From the NCBI GenBank assembly GCA_043827405.1, contig JBDRPD010000050.1, positions 32,001 through 96,000 of the forward strand: a stretch of 64,000 nt of DNA, given 5' to 3'. The translations under genes and the position numbers were made by a program. This document shows positions 31,428 through 41,070 of the stretch, piece by piece (positions within the stretch are counted from its first letter, which is position 1; the number at the start of each line of letters is the position of its first letter). Below the pieces are notes generated by a model. That model searched no databases and was not told where the DNA came from. It saw nothing but the letters and a program-made list of their open reading frames with translations. The stretch is from Elusimicrobiota bacterium. GTDB taxonomy: Bacteria > Elusimicrobiota > Elusimicrobia > UBA1565.

Positions 31428-33251
31428 TTATAACAGCCCGCATACAACCAAAATCGCCGCCAGCACCCCGACCAAGCCCTCGCCCGCGATGCCCCCGGCG
31501 CCGATCGACGCCGCGTACTTCTCGTTCCAGGCCGGGTTCTTCTTTTCGATGATCACGTAGACGACCGCCCCGGCGAGGATCGCCACCGAATAGATGGCCG
31601 GAACCACCATGGCCACCCCGAGCCCGACGGCAGAGGGCATATAGCGGCGCCACTCGGGCTTCAGCTCCTCGAGCACGGCGAGCACCAGGCCGATCACCAC
31701 GCCGACGATCAGGGCCTCAACGGCGTAGGACGGCAAAGTCTTCACCCCGCCCGAGACCATCTGCGCCAGGCCCGCCCAGGTGATGGCGGCCGGCGCCGGA
31801 AGCTTTTCCGAGCCGATGCCGTAGGCCTTGATCAGGACCAAAAATATCGGAACCGCGAAGACGGCGCCGACGAGCACCCCGAGCAGCTGCATATAGGTCT
31901 GCTTCTTGGGCGTGGCGCCCAGGATATAGCCGGTCTTCAGGTCCTGCATCATATCCGCCGATTCGCTGGCGCCCGCCGCGGTCACGCCGCCGGTCAGCAA
32001 AGTAGTCTCAACGCCGGGGCATGCCGCGCCGTAGAAGATCTGCGTCACCGCCCCCATGGCGCCCACCGGGTTGATGTCGGTCTCGCCGGTGGCCCGTACC
32101 GCGATCGTCGAGAACAGAAAGGACAGCGGGATGACCAGAATGCCGACCCAGACCGGCACATCGAAGCGGAACTTCAACATGCAGATGATGCCGATAGACG
32201 CCGCCAGCAGGCCGAAGAGCCACTGCGAGAAGGGCAGTTCCAGGTGCGCGATCACCGCGCCGTGCTTGGCGCCCAGCATCGACTTAAAGGCCCGCCCGAT
32301 CACCCGCCACTTCATGGCGGTGGCCGCCATGCCGTAGGTGACCATAATGGCGAGGCCCGGCCACATGGTCCACTTGACGATATAGGGGTAGCTCGGCGCG
32401 GCGAGGGTCTTGGTCTCGCCCATCATGGCGGCGACCTGCTGCAGGATGCCGGAATGAAACAGCCAGGGCGCCAGGAACGCGAAGCAGACGACGGAGCCGA
32501 AGAACATGCTGAAGGCCACGCGCGGGCCGACAAGAAAGCCCGCGCCCAGGAGCATCGGCGTCCAGGCCACGCCCAAAGTCAGGCTCTTCATGCCGAGCCC
32601 CTTGATCGTTCCCGGCAGATAGGTCGCGGCAGGAAGCAGTTTCGGAATGCCGTCGCGAAACCACGTGATCAGGCCGCTGACCAGGCCGATCCCGCCCAGC
32701 ATCTTGGCCTTGTCCATGGCGCTGCTGCCCTCTGCGTGCATGGCCAAAATCGTCTCGGCGCAGGCGGTCCCGGACGGGAACTTCAGCTTCTCGACCACGA
32801 TGATCTGCTTGCGCAGGGGAATGGCGAAGAATACGCCCAGGAAGCTGGTGAAGAATATCCACAGGAAGATGTCGAGCCAGGTCGGCGCCGCCGGGATCAC
32901 GCCGCTGGCGGCCAGCAGGAAAAGCGCCGGGATGACGTTGACGATATTGCCCAAAGACCCGCCGGCCGAGGCCATGGTCTGGGTCATATTGTTCTCGAGG
33001 ATGGAGTAGGGCTTATTGCAGGCGCGCACAATGGCGAAGCCCAGGATGGCCGCGATAATCGAGCCCCCCTCGCCCCAGCCCGTCATCAGGCCCATGTAGA
33101 CGTTGAAGACAATCATGAGCGCGCTCATCAGCGCTCCCACCACGAAGACCTTCAGGGTGACCTCGGGCATCTTGTCGCCCTTGTAGACTTCCTTGAGCCA
33201 GCGCCGCTCCTCGTCCTCGTAACTGATTACCGGCTTCTCGTTGTCGGCCAT
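31428..33251 (-). CDS. OPT-family oligopeptide transporter
   Basis: LENNMTQTMASAG, LKFPSGTACAE, GETDINP, MQDLKTGYILGATP, LPAPAA. Confidence 0.93.
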   Translation of the reverse strand: MADNEKPVISYEDEERRWLKEVYKGDKMPEVTLKVFVVGALMSALMIVFNVYMGLMTGWGEGGSIIAAILGFAIVRACNKPYSILENNMTQTMASAGGSLGNIVNVIPALFLLAASGVIPAAPTWLDIFLWIFFTSFLGVFFAIPLRKQIIVVEKLKFPSGTACAETILAMHAEGSSAMDKAKMLGGIGLVSGLITWFRDGIPKLLPAATYLPGTIKGLGMKSLTLGVAWTPMLLGAGFLVGPRVAFSMFFGSVVCFAFLAPWLFHSGILQQVAAMMGETKTLAAPSYPYIVKWTMWPGLAIMVTYGMAATAMKWRVIGRAFKSMLGAKHGAVIAHLELPFSQWLFGLLAASIGIICMLKFRFDVPVWVGILVIPLSFLFSTIAVRATGETDINPVGAMGAVTQIFYGAACPGVETTLLTGGVTAAGASESADMMQDLKTGYILGATPKKQTYMQLLGVLVGAVFAVPIFLVLIKAYGIGSEKLPAPAAITWAGLAQMVSGGVKTLPSYAVEALIVGVVIGLVLAVLEELKPEWRRYMPSAVGLGVAMVVPAIYSVAILAGAVVYVIIEKKNPAWNEKYAASIGAGGIAGEGLVGVLAAILVVCGLL

Positions 33252-33267
33252 GGATTCTCCTCGTCGT

Positions 33268-33744
33268 CTAGTAGGGGTCGGAAGCGCCGCGCGCGATCTG
33301 GCTGTTGGCCACGCTGTCGTACCAGCCGCAGTTGGCGCGGGTGCGCGTGTCGAACTCGTGCACGTAAGGCTTGATGTCCAAGAGCGGCGTATTGTTCATG
33401 ATGTCGACGCCGCGAAACATAATAATGTTCTTCTTGACGCTCACCAGCTCGACGATCGACGTGCCCAGGGGGTTGGGCCGCGCCGGCGCCCGGGTGGCGA
33501 AGATGCCCTTGGAGGTCTCGGTGACGACGGGCTTGACCGTCAGGTTGTAGCGCTTCTGGTGATGGAAGAAGTAGATCAGGTGGGCATGGGAAAAGCCGTC
33601 CAAGGCTTTAAGACCGCGCTCGTACTCCTCCAGCAGCTCGACGCGGCCGAGATGCTCATTGGCGTGCCGCGCCTGGATAGGCACATCGCTGCGGTTGTTG
33701 AAATCGGTGTAAATCGTGCCGATAACGACGAGTTTTATCTTCAT
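33268..33744 (-). CDS. tsaA: tRNA t6A37 methyltransferase TsaA/TrmO family (short form)
   Basis: LDGFSH, GIFATRAPARPNPLG, TPLLDIKPY. Confidence 0.9.
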   Translation of the reverse strand: MKIKLVVIGTIYTDFNNRSDVPIQARHANEHLGRVELLEEYERGLKALDGFSHAHLIYFFHHQKRYNLTVKPVVTETSKGIFATRAPARPNPLGTSIVELVSVKKNIIMFRGVDIMNNTPLLDIKPYVHEFDTRTRANCGWYDSVANSQIARGASDPY

Positions 33745-33772
33745 AACCCCTCCGCCCCGCTACAGTCTAGCC

Positions 33773-34762
33773 TTATTTTACACCCGCCAGCACGCCCGAG
33801 TCATTGGGAACCGAGAGCGGAATACGCCGTATTTTTCTAATCCCGGCTTCCTCAAGCATCGCGCGCACCTGAGCTTCCGAATAAGACTGTCCCGCCCGCG
33901 TGCCGAGCAGCATATTGAGCGTAAACAGCGCCGGGAACCGCGGGCCGTCCATCGCCGCGCGCAGATAGAAATCGTGCACCAGGATCAGCCCGCCGGGCGC
34001 CAGCGCCTCGACCGCCCGGCGCAGGATTCGGCGGCAGCCCGCCGGCCCCTCGGCATGCAGGATATGCGAGAGCCAGGCGGCGTCGAAGGTCCCGCGCACT
34101 TTGTCGCGCAGGTAATCCCCCGGCTGAAAGCGGATGCGGCCGCCCATGCTAAAGCGTTTGATGGTCTTGACGGCGAAGGGCCTGGTCGTCGGCAAATCGA
34201 AGACCTCGGCGTTGAGCCGCGGATTGCGCCGGCAGAACTCGATAGCGTAGGTCCCCGGCCCGCCGCCCAGGTCCAGCAGCCGGCGGCGTCCCGACAGATC
34301 GATATGCGGGACGATCAGGGGAGCGAAGCTGCGCGCGTTATTGAACATCCCCATCAGGAAAGCCTCGCGCCGCGCCGGATCCATGCGCGCGGACCGCTTG
34401 CGCACCGGCTTCCCGGTTTTAACCGCCCGGTCCAGATTGGCCCAGGACTCCACCAGGTAGTGGTGGTGCAGAATCATATAGCCGATATAGGCGGGCGACT
34501 TGCGCGATAAGAACTTCTCCGCCGCCGGCATATTCCGGTAACCGCCGCCCTTTTTCCCCAGCAGCTCCATGGCGGTCAAAGCGTCGAGCAGCATGGTCAG
34601 TCCGCGCCGGTCCGTCTTGAGCGCACGGCACAGCCGGTCGGCGGACAGCCGGCGGCCCGCCAGCGCCGTGAAGACGCCGAGCTTGACGCCCGCGTGCAGC
34701 GCACAGGTGCTCCAATATCCTCCCGACAGCTGCAGCAGACGGCCTGGATTCCATGCGTTCAT
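33773..34762 (-). CDS. SAM-dependent O-methyltransferase with dimerisation domain
   Basis: LLDLGGGPG, VFDLP, GDYL, LSHILH; start ATG 34762 with GGAGG. Confidence 0.9.
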   Translation of the reverse strand: MNAWNPGRLLQLSGGYWSTCALHAGVKLGVFTALAGRRLSADRLCRALKTDRRGLTMLLDALTAMELLGKKGGGYRNMPAAEKFLSRKSPAYIGYMILHHHYLVESWANLDRAVKTGKPVRKRSARMDPARREAFLMGMFNNARSFAPLIVPHIDLSGRRRLLDLGGGPGTYAIEFCRRNPRLNAEVFDLPTTRPFAVKTIKRFSMGGRIRFQPGDYLRDKVRGTFDAAWLSHILHAEGPAGCRRILRRAVEALAPGGLILVHDFYLRAAMDGPRFPALFTLNMLLGTRAGQSYSEAQVRAMLEEAGIRKIRRIPLSVPNDSGVLAGVK

Positions 34763-34873
34763 AAAGCCTCCGGACTGAGCCCTGCTGAAACTATAATACT
34801 TAACATATAATCCTCCGAGATAAAACGCTGCGCGCCAAGCGCACTTATCCTCGCTACGCAAAGGACTAACCCT

Positions 34874-35449
34874 ATGACCGCAGAAAATATTCCCACCCGC
34901 GAAGACGCCTTCAAGCTTCTCACCGAGTTCAACCAGAGCGACCGCCTCATCAAGCATGCCTTGGCGGTAGAAGGGGTGATGCGCTGCTTCGCCCGCAAGC
35001 GCGGCGAGAATGAGGAGCGCTGGGGAGTGATCGGCCTGATCCACGATCTGGATTACGAGAAGTACCCCGACCAGCACTGCAAAAAAAGCGGGGAGATACT
35101 AAAGGAGCGCGGCTGGCCGGCCGACTACATCCGCGCCGTCATGAGCCACGGCTGGGGGCTATGCACCGACGTGGAGCCGCAGACCGATCTGGAAAAGACC
35201 CTTTACGCCGTCGATGAACTGACCGGCCTGATCGCCGCGGCCGCCCTGGTGCGGCCATCCAAAAGCGTTATGGATCTCGCCGTCAAGTCGGTCAAGAAGA
35301 AGTGGAAGGACAAGCGCTTCGCCGCCGGCGCCGACCGCTCCATTATCGAAAAAGGCGCCGCGATGCTCGGCATGGAGCTGCCGGAACTCATCACCGACAC
35401 CATCGAAGGCATGCGCGAGGTGGCGGAAGAAATCGGTCTCAAAGGCTGA
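34874..35449 (+). CDS. HDIG/HD-domain hydrolase
   Basis: KHALAVE, GLIHDLDYE, AVDELTGLI, SVKKKWKDKRFAAG. Confidence 0.9.
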   Translation: MTAENIPTREDAFKLLTEFNQSDRLIKHALAVEGVMRCFARKRGENEERWGVIGLIHDLDYEKYPDQHCKKSGEILKERGWPADYIRAVMSHGWGLCTDVEPQTDLEKTLYAVDELTGLIAAAALVRPSKSVMDLAVKSVKKKWKDKRFAAGADRSIIEKGAAMLGMELPELITDTIEGMREVAEEIGLKG

Positions 35450-35503
35450 ATATAGCCCGATTTCCCGAGTTAATTTCAGCCCAAATCGTGGTAAGATATA
35501 GGC

Positions 35504-36448
35504 GTGAGGCCGTTGGAGGTGGCAGCCTTACTGAGCACGGCGCTAGCCGGTTTGTTCGTATCGCCGCTCCATGCTCAGACCGCTCCCCCGCCCGTATCAG
35601 GCGGGTTTTCCGCTTTATTTGACGGCGCCGCGCAGTTTCAGCCGGCGCCGCTTTCTTTTAGGGCACCGCGGACCAGCATCAAATCCGCCGCCGCTTCCGG
35701 CTCCGAGCTCCTCCAGGCCCTGCACGACCGCGTCAGCCGCACCCATGCGCCGGTCGGCTACAGCGAAGCCCGGCGCCACATGTTCGGAGCGCTCGACAAT
35801 GTGACGGTCGACGGCGTGCGCGGCGTGCACGCGGTGTATTCCGCGGTATTTGTTCCCGGCACCAGCGGCAACGGCGGGGACTATCGGGAACAGGGCGACC
35901 AGAACGGCGACGGCTACGTCGACGCCGGCGGGATGAACGCCGAGCACCTCTGGCCGCAGTCCTACTTCAAGGAGCGCCTGCCGATGCGCGCCGACCTGCA
36001 CCATCTGCTGCCGACTTTTATGCACCCCAACAGCGTACGCGGCCGCCTGCCTTTCGGCGAAGTCGCCGCCGCGGACGCGGACTATACAAACCGCGCCGGC
36101 GCCCGCCGGGACGAGAAGCTGTTCGAGCCGCCGGACCGCGTCAAGGGACGCGTCGCCCGCGGCCTGCTGTATTTTTTCACCCGCTACCTGGGCTACAACA
36201 TCATCCCCAGTAATGCCGCCGATATATTCTGGAACCGCCGCATCGAGACCTTGCTGCGCTGGAACCGGGAATTCCCGCCCGACGCCATGGAGCGGCGGCG
36301 CAACGATCTAGCGGAGAAGGTCCAGGGAAACCGCAACCCCTTCGTCGATGACCCGGGCCTGGCCGACCAGATCGGACCCGAAGCCTTCCGCCTGCGGCAG
36401 TCCAAGCGGACTTATACCAGCTCCGCGCTCCGACCGCGCCGTCCCTAA
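35504..36448 (+). CDS. Exported endonuclease I family nuclease
   Basis: MNAEHLWPQS, DLHHL, KGRVARGLLY, QGNRNPFVD; signal peptide. Confidence 0.9.
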   Translation: MRPLEVAALLSTALAGLFVSPLHAQTAPPPVSGGFSALFDGAAQFQPAPLSFRAPRTSIKSAAASGSELLQALHDRVSRTHAPVGYSEARRHMFGALDNVTVDGVRGVHAVYSAVFVPGTSGNGGDYREQGDQNGDGYVDAGGMNAEHLWPQSYFKERLPMRADLHHLLPTFMHPNSVRGRLPFGEVAAADADYTNRAGARRDEKLFEPPDRVKGRVARGLLYFFTRYLGYNIIPSNAADIFWNRRIETLLRWNREFPPDAMERRRNDLAEKVQGNRNPFVDDPGLADQIGPEAFRLRQSKRTYTSSALRPRRP

Positions 36449-37869
36449 CGCAGCCGGAACTCCCCGCTGACGCCCGGCAGATAGGCCGGGCTTTGGTCGC
36501 GGTTTTGCCGGCGCGCCTCGTCCTGCACGTTGGGCTTGAGATACTCAAACAAACTCCGCGCCGTGACCTGGCCGCTCCCGTCGCGCCCGGGGCCGTTCAA
36601 GCCCTTGAGAAAGAAGTAAGTGAAGATGCCGTGCCGCTCCTGCTCGAGGGTCGTCGTAATCTCGTCGCCGGAAGCGGCCGCGAGAAGCGACAGCCGCTCG
36701 CGCTCACCTTGTCCCAGCTCGACGGTGGTGACCAGCGGCCGGGCGCCGCGCGCCAGCACCGACCTCCCTCCGGCGCCCGAGAAGCAGGCGTCCAAAGCCA
36801 CCAGGATGCGGCGGGCCTGGGTGGCGTTAAGCTGGGCGTATAGCTTCTTTAGGGGGTAGGCGGTGGTCTTGAGAAACTTGGCGTCGCCGTCCCAGGGGAT
36901 CAGGTAGGCCTCCCCGGTCTGGGGGTTGGGCGCGCCATGCCCGGAAAAGTAGAACAGCAGCGAGGAGTCGGCCTTTACGTTCTTCGGCAGCCACTCTTCC
37001 AGGTACTTCTTTAGCCCGGATATAGTGGCGCGCTGGCCGGTCAGATGGATAATATTGCGGTCCGGATAACCCAGCGCCCGCAAGTGCGCGCGCACGGCGT
37101 CGGCGTCGCCCTCGGCGTAATCGGCCCGGGGCAGGGCCTGATACGATTCGATCCCGACGACCATGGCGAACAGCTTGGGATTCTGCGGCAGGGAATAGTT
37201 GGGGTCGTCGACCGCGCTTTTTTTAGCCGCCGGGACCGTCTGCGGCGGGGCGGCGGCGACCGCCGCCGGCGGAGCGGGCGCGGCGGAAGAGTCCTTGCGA
37301 TACGGCCTGAGCTTCACGGAAGCGGTGATTTCTTCGGCCAGGCGCGTTTTCGCCGTAACCATGCAATGCCGGTAGGCGGCCACATAGAAATCCTCCATGG
37401 CGCTCATGCGTTTCCCGGATTTCTCAAGAATATTAAAGCGCAGCTGCTCCACCGGGGTTTCATCGGGCTGGAACACGAAAAAAGACAGATCGATCTCCGC
37501 CCGCGAATCGAAGCTGACATGCGCCTTGCCGGTGATATCCAGGATGCCGACCAGCTGCGCCCCGGCCTCGCGCGCCTGCTCGGCGCTCGCCATCTCATGG
37601 ACCGCGCCAAACTGCTTATCGATGACCGCGATCAGATCGTCGACCAGCACATCGCCGTGGATGGTGCCCGGCGAAGTAACGCGCAGCTTGTTGTAGGAGC
37701 GAATCCAGTTCTTGGTATTCTGCGACACAATAACGGCGAGCTTGGTCTTGCCGTATTCCAGCTTCTTCATGCCGATGCCGGCCATGGGATCTTCGCGGCG
37801 CGAGGCGATAGCGCAGCCGGCGAAGACGACGGCGGCGAGCACGACGGGCAAAGCGGTTCTTTTGCTCAT
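36445..37869 (-). CDS. Lipoprotein with C-terminal C14 caspase domain
   Basis: Lipobox FAGC; YFSGHG and LDACFSG dyad; -10 TATAAT 7 nt upstream of ATG 37869. Confidence 0.9.
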   Translation of the reverse strand: MSKRTALPVVLAAVVFAGCAIASRREDPMAGIGMKKLEYGKTKLAVIVSQNTKNWIRSYNKLRVTSPGTIHGDVLVDDLIAVIDKQFGAVHEMASAEQAREAGAQLVGILDITGKAHVSFDSRAEIDLSFFVFQPDETPVEQLRFNILEKSGKRMSAMEDFYVAAYRHCMVTAKTRLAEEITASVKLRPYRKDSSAAPAPPAAVAAAPPQTVPAAKKSAVDDPNYSLPQNPKLFAMVVGIESYQALPRADYAEGDADAVRAHLRALGYPDRNIIHLTGQRATISGLKKYLEEWLPKNVKADSSLLFYFSGHGAPNPQTGEAYLIPWDGDAKFLKTTAYPLKKLYAQLNATQARRILVALDACFSGAGGRSVLARGARPLVTTVELGQGERERLSLLAAASGDEITTTLEQERHGIFTYFFLKGLNGPGRDGSGQVTARSLFEYLKPNVQDEARRQNRDQSPAYLPGVSGEFRLR

Positions 37870-37903
37870 AATAGACATTATACCTAACTGCTATACTCGC
37901 CCC

Positions 37904-38812
37904 ATGCGGCGTCTGAGCACGCTTCTAGCCCTCGTTCTCGCCGTTTCGCCGGCCTATGCGGACGACCAGCCGGTCGATGTCGACACCATAGCCGAGGTGC
38001 TGACCAGCGCCATACGCCCGTCGGCGCAAAACATCCGCTGCGCCGAAGCCTCGGCCAAGGCCTTCGCGCAAGCCAAGGAGACTTTGGCCCGCCAGCGCGC
38101 CGCCGGCCGCAAGCCGCATGCTCCCGCCGGCATTATCGATACCGGACTGCGCCTGCTCTTGCGCTCCAATCCCAGCCGCCTGCGCACCGGTACGCGCTGG
38201 CGCGCCTGGCCCCAAGACGAAGTCTATGCCGGCGAGGCGGCCGAAGTCGCCAAGCGGCTGGAGGAGCTGGCCGCGAACCTCGGCCCGGTGCGGACCTGGA
38301 ACTGCGCCTATGACAAGGAGGCGGAAACCATAATCAGCCGCCGCCTCGGGCGCCTGGCTTTTAAAGGCCGCCTCCTGGACCTCGATGAACCGCCCCCGGA
38401 GCCGCGCCTGACGCCGAAGGAAAAAAGTTTTCTCGACGGCCCGCCGCCGAAGCTCGCCGAAGCGCCGCCGGCCCGCGACGAAAACTCCGCGGCCTGGCTC
38501 GACTGGGCCGCGGCCCGCGAAGCCGCCGCCGTCATGCAGGGCCTGCGCCGCCGCCTGCGGCCGGACCATAAACGGCTGCGCGAGGCCGTCCGGCTATGGA
38601 GCCGCGCGGCGATGCTGAAAAACGGCGCCGGCTCCGCCTACGATCCGCCGGCGAAAAGACTCGATGCGCAGACGCGGCGAGTCGCCGCCGCTATCGCCAA
38701 GAAGTACGGCCGCGCGCCGCGTGAGGTACTGCTCGATTGCGGCGCCGACGAATACGTCTTCGGCAAGATCAGCCGCGCCGCCAAGCGCCTGCTCACGGCG
38801 CCTAAAGAATAG
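37904..38812 (+). CDS. Exported hypothetical protein
   Basis: Signal peptide ending AYA; TATACT 6 nt before ATG. Confidence 0.65.
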   Translation: MRRLSTLLALVLAVSPAYADDQPVDVDTIAEVLTSAIRPSAQNIRCAEASAKAFAQAKETLARQRAAGRKPHAPAGIIDTGLRLLLRSNPSRLRTGTRWRAWPQDEVYAGEAAEVAKRLEELAANLGPVRTWNCAYDKEAETIISRRLGRLAFKGRLLDLDEPPPEPRLTPKEKSFLDGPPPKLAEAPPARDENSAAWLDWAAAREAAAVMQGLRRRLRPDHKRLREAVRLWSRAAMLKNGAGSAYDPPAKRLDAQTRRVAAAIAKKYGRAPREVLLDCGADEYVFGKISRAAKRLLTAPKE

Positions 38813-38834
38813 AGCGACCTCCTAAAGAGGCCTA

Positions 38835-38899
38835 GGCCCATTATCCCGCAATAAACAGGGCTTTTGCCTCATTCGCATTTTCCGGCTTTAAGTTAACAT
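38835..38899 (+). promoter_or_regulatory. Tandem-box promoter (box, box, 23 nt, -10 TAACAT)
   Basis: GGCCCATTATCCC 38835, GGGCTTTTGCCTC 38858, TAACAT 38894-38899, ATG 38909. Confidence 0.55.
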
Positions 38900-38908
38900 T
38901 CAAGCACT

Positions 38909-41014
38909 ATGAAACAGCTGCTTACTGCGGTCCTATCTCTTTCCTTGACCGGAACAAGCTTCGCGGCCATCCCTATTAAGGTAGCCCCCGCCGTACCTGT
39001 CGGCGGCATGGGCAGCGCCGCGGCCGGCGTCGCGGTACGCGGTCCGGGAGCCGCGCTTGAACTCAATTTCGATCTCACCCCCGGCCAGATCAAAGCGACC
39101 TTCCGTTCCGCTTCCCAAAACCTTGACGCCGCGCTCAACGCGATCGGCGCCGTAAAGCCCGCAGAGGCGACCTTCTACAACACCGTTCATGCCCTGGAAA
39201 AAGCCTGGGTGGACTACCAGGATGAGATGGCGGGCATCCGGGTGCTCTCCGCTTCGCCGCGCAAGCGCGTACGTGAAGCGGTGGATCAGGTCAACGACAT
39301 GGCCAGCGACATGGGCACCGCGCAGGGCATGCGCGAAGACATCTACCAAGCGGTTCTCGCCTACGCCGAGAAAGGAGAGCAGCTGACGGGCGAGGATATG
39401 AAGCTGGTCGAAGACACCTTGCTTGATTTCCGCAAATCCGGCATGGGCTTAAAGCCCGCCGACCGGGCGAAGCTGCAGCGGGTCTCCTCCAAAATTTCCA
39501 AGCTGGTCCGGCAGTACGAGATCAATATCCGCGAATGGGAAGGCGGCATCGACGTCCTGCCGGAAGAGCTCGCCGGCGTGCCGACCGCGATTATCGGCAG
39601 CCTCAAAAAGGTGCCCGGCGGGAAGCTCCGCGTCCCCGACGACGGAGAGGCCGGCGGCCAGGTCATGAGCAAAGCCAAGAGCTCCAAGGTCCGCATGCGG
39701 CTCTACTATGCCATGCAGCGCAAAGCCGCGAAAAAGAACCTCCCTATTCTGCGCAAAGTGCTCAAGCTCCGCAAGCAGCAAGCCAATATGCTCGGCTATA
39801 AGAACTTCGCCGAGATGAAGATAGACGGCCGCATGGCCAAGACCCCCCAGCGGGTCTGGCAGTTCCTGGGCCGCCTGCGCAAGATGCTGCGCCCGGCGGC
39901 GGAAGCCGAAGACGCCGAGATACTCGAACAGAAGCGCTCGGAGAAGCCCGGCGCCGAAAAAGTCCAGCCTTGGGACGGCGCGCGCTACGGGCGCCAGCAC
40001 ATGGAAAAGACTCTCGACCTCAACCCGGACAAAATTCGCGAGTACTTCCCGGCCGAGCGGGCCATCCCCGAAGCGCTCAAGATTTACGAAGAGCTGCTCG
40101 GCATACGCTTTGAGGAGATCAAGGACGTCAAGGTATGGCATAAGGACGTCAAAGCGTACGACGTCATGGACGCCGGCGGCGCACGCATGGGCCGCCTCTA
40201 CCTGGACCTCTACGCCCGCAAAGGCAAGCGGGGCGGAGCCTGGGCCGCGCCGCTGGTCGGCGGCCGCGCCCTGGAAGACGGCACCTATCGCGAGCCGGTC
40301 ACCGCCGTCACCGCCGACTTCGAAAAAGGGGAAAACGGCAAGCCGACGCTGCTGCGCCACGGCAACGTAAAGACCCTGTTTCATGAGCTCGGCCATGCCA
40401 TGCACATGACGCTGACCACCGCCCAGCGCCGCTCCTTCTCCGGTTCCGGAGTCGCCTGGGACTTCGTCGAGGCGCCCTCGCAGATGATGGAGAACTTTAT
40501 TTGGCAGAAGCAGGTGCTGGCCAGAGTCTCCGGCCACTACAAGGACCCCTCCCAGCCGCTGCCGCCGGAGATCGTTGAAAAACTATTAGCCTCGCGCAAC
40601 TACCATTCCGCATCCGGCGCGCTCGGCCAAGCGGCGATGGCCGCCATGGACCTCGCCTACTACACGGCCGCTCCCAAAGACGTGCTGGGCGTGTTTCGCA
40701 AGATGATGAAGACTTTCACCGGCGTTGAGCCCAACAAGGCGTCGAAGTTTCCGGCCCGCTTCGGCCATATTCTCACCGGCTATGCGGCCGGCTACTATGG
40801 CTACTTGTGGTCGCGGGTCTCCGCGCAGGATATCTTCTCGATCTTTGAGGCCGCCGGCGTCATGAGCCCGGAGGTCGGACGCCGCTACCGCAACACCATC
40901 CTGGCGCGCGGCTCGAGCATCGATGAGGAAGAGAACCTGAGCGATTTCCTCGGCCGCAAGCCCAGCGAAGAAGCCTTCCTGAAGTGGCTCGGCGTCGCGC
41001 CGGTCGGCGACTGA
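38909..41014 (+). CDS. M3A thimet-oligopeptidase-like metallopeptidase with signal peptide
   Basis: LYLDLYARKGK, TLFHELGHAMH, DFVEAPSQMMEN, FGHI, YAAGYYGYLWS. Confidence 0.95.
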   Translation: MKQLLTAVLSLSLTGTSFAAIPIKVAPAVPVGGMGSAAAGVAVRGPGAALELNFDLTPGQIKATFRSASQNLDAALNAIGAVKPAEATFYNTVHALEKAWVDYQDEMAGIRVLSASPRKRVREAVDQVNDMASDMGTAQGMREDIYQAVLAYAEKGEQLTGEDMKLVEDTLLDFRKSGMGLKPADRAKLQRVSSKISKLVRQYEINIREWEGGIDVLPEELAGVPTAIIGSLKKVPGGKLRVPDDGEAGGQVMSKAKSSKVRMRLYYAMQRKAAKKNLPILRKVLKLRKQQANMLGYKNFAEMKIDGRMAKTPQRVWQFLGRLRKMLRPAAEAEDAEILEQKRSEKPGAEKVQPWDGARYGRQHMEKTLDLNPDKIREYFPAERAIPEALKIYEELLGIRFEEIKDVKVWHKDVKAYDVMDAGGARMGRLYLDLYARKGKRGGAWAAPLVGGRALEDGTYREPVTAVTADFEKGENGKPTLLRHGNVKTLFHELGHAMHMTLTTAQRRSFSGSGVAWDFVEAPSQMMENFIWQKQVLARVSGHYKDPSQPLPPEIVEKLLASRNYHSASGALGQAAMAAMDLAYYTAAPKDVLGVFRKMMKTFTGVEPNKASKFPARFGHILTGYAAGYYGYLWSRVSAQDIFSIFEAAGVMSPEVGRRYRNTILARGSSIDEEENLSDFLGRKPSEEAFLKWLGVAPVGD

Positions 41015-41070
41015 TACCGCCATCCATTCTGCCTGCGGAGTAAAGTCAGCAGAATAGATAGAATAGCCTT

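Noticed and set aside
35454..35497. Tandem-box promoter before endonuclease I
   Set aside because: Only one weak box (AGCCCGATTTCCC), 25 nt from the -10, and no second box at 23 bp.
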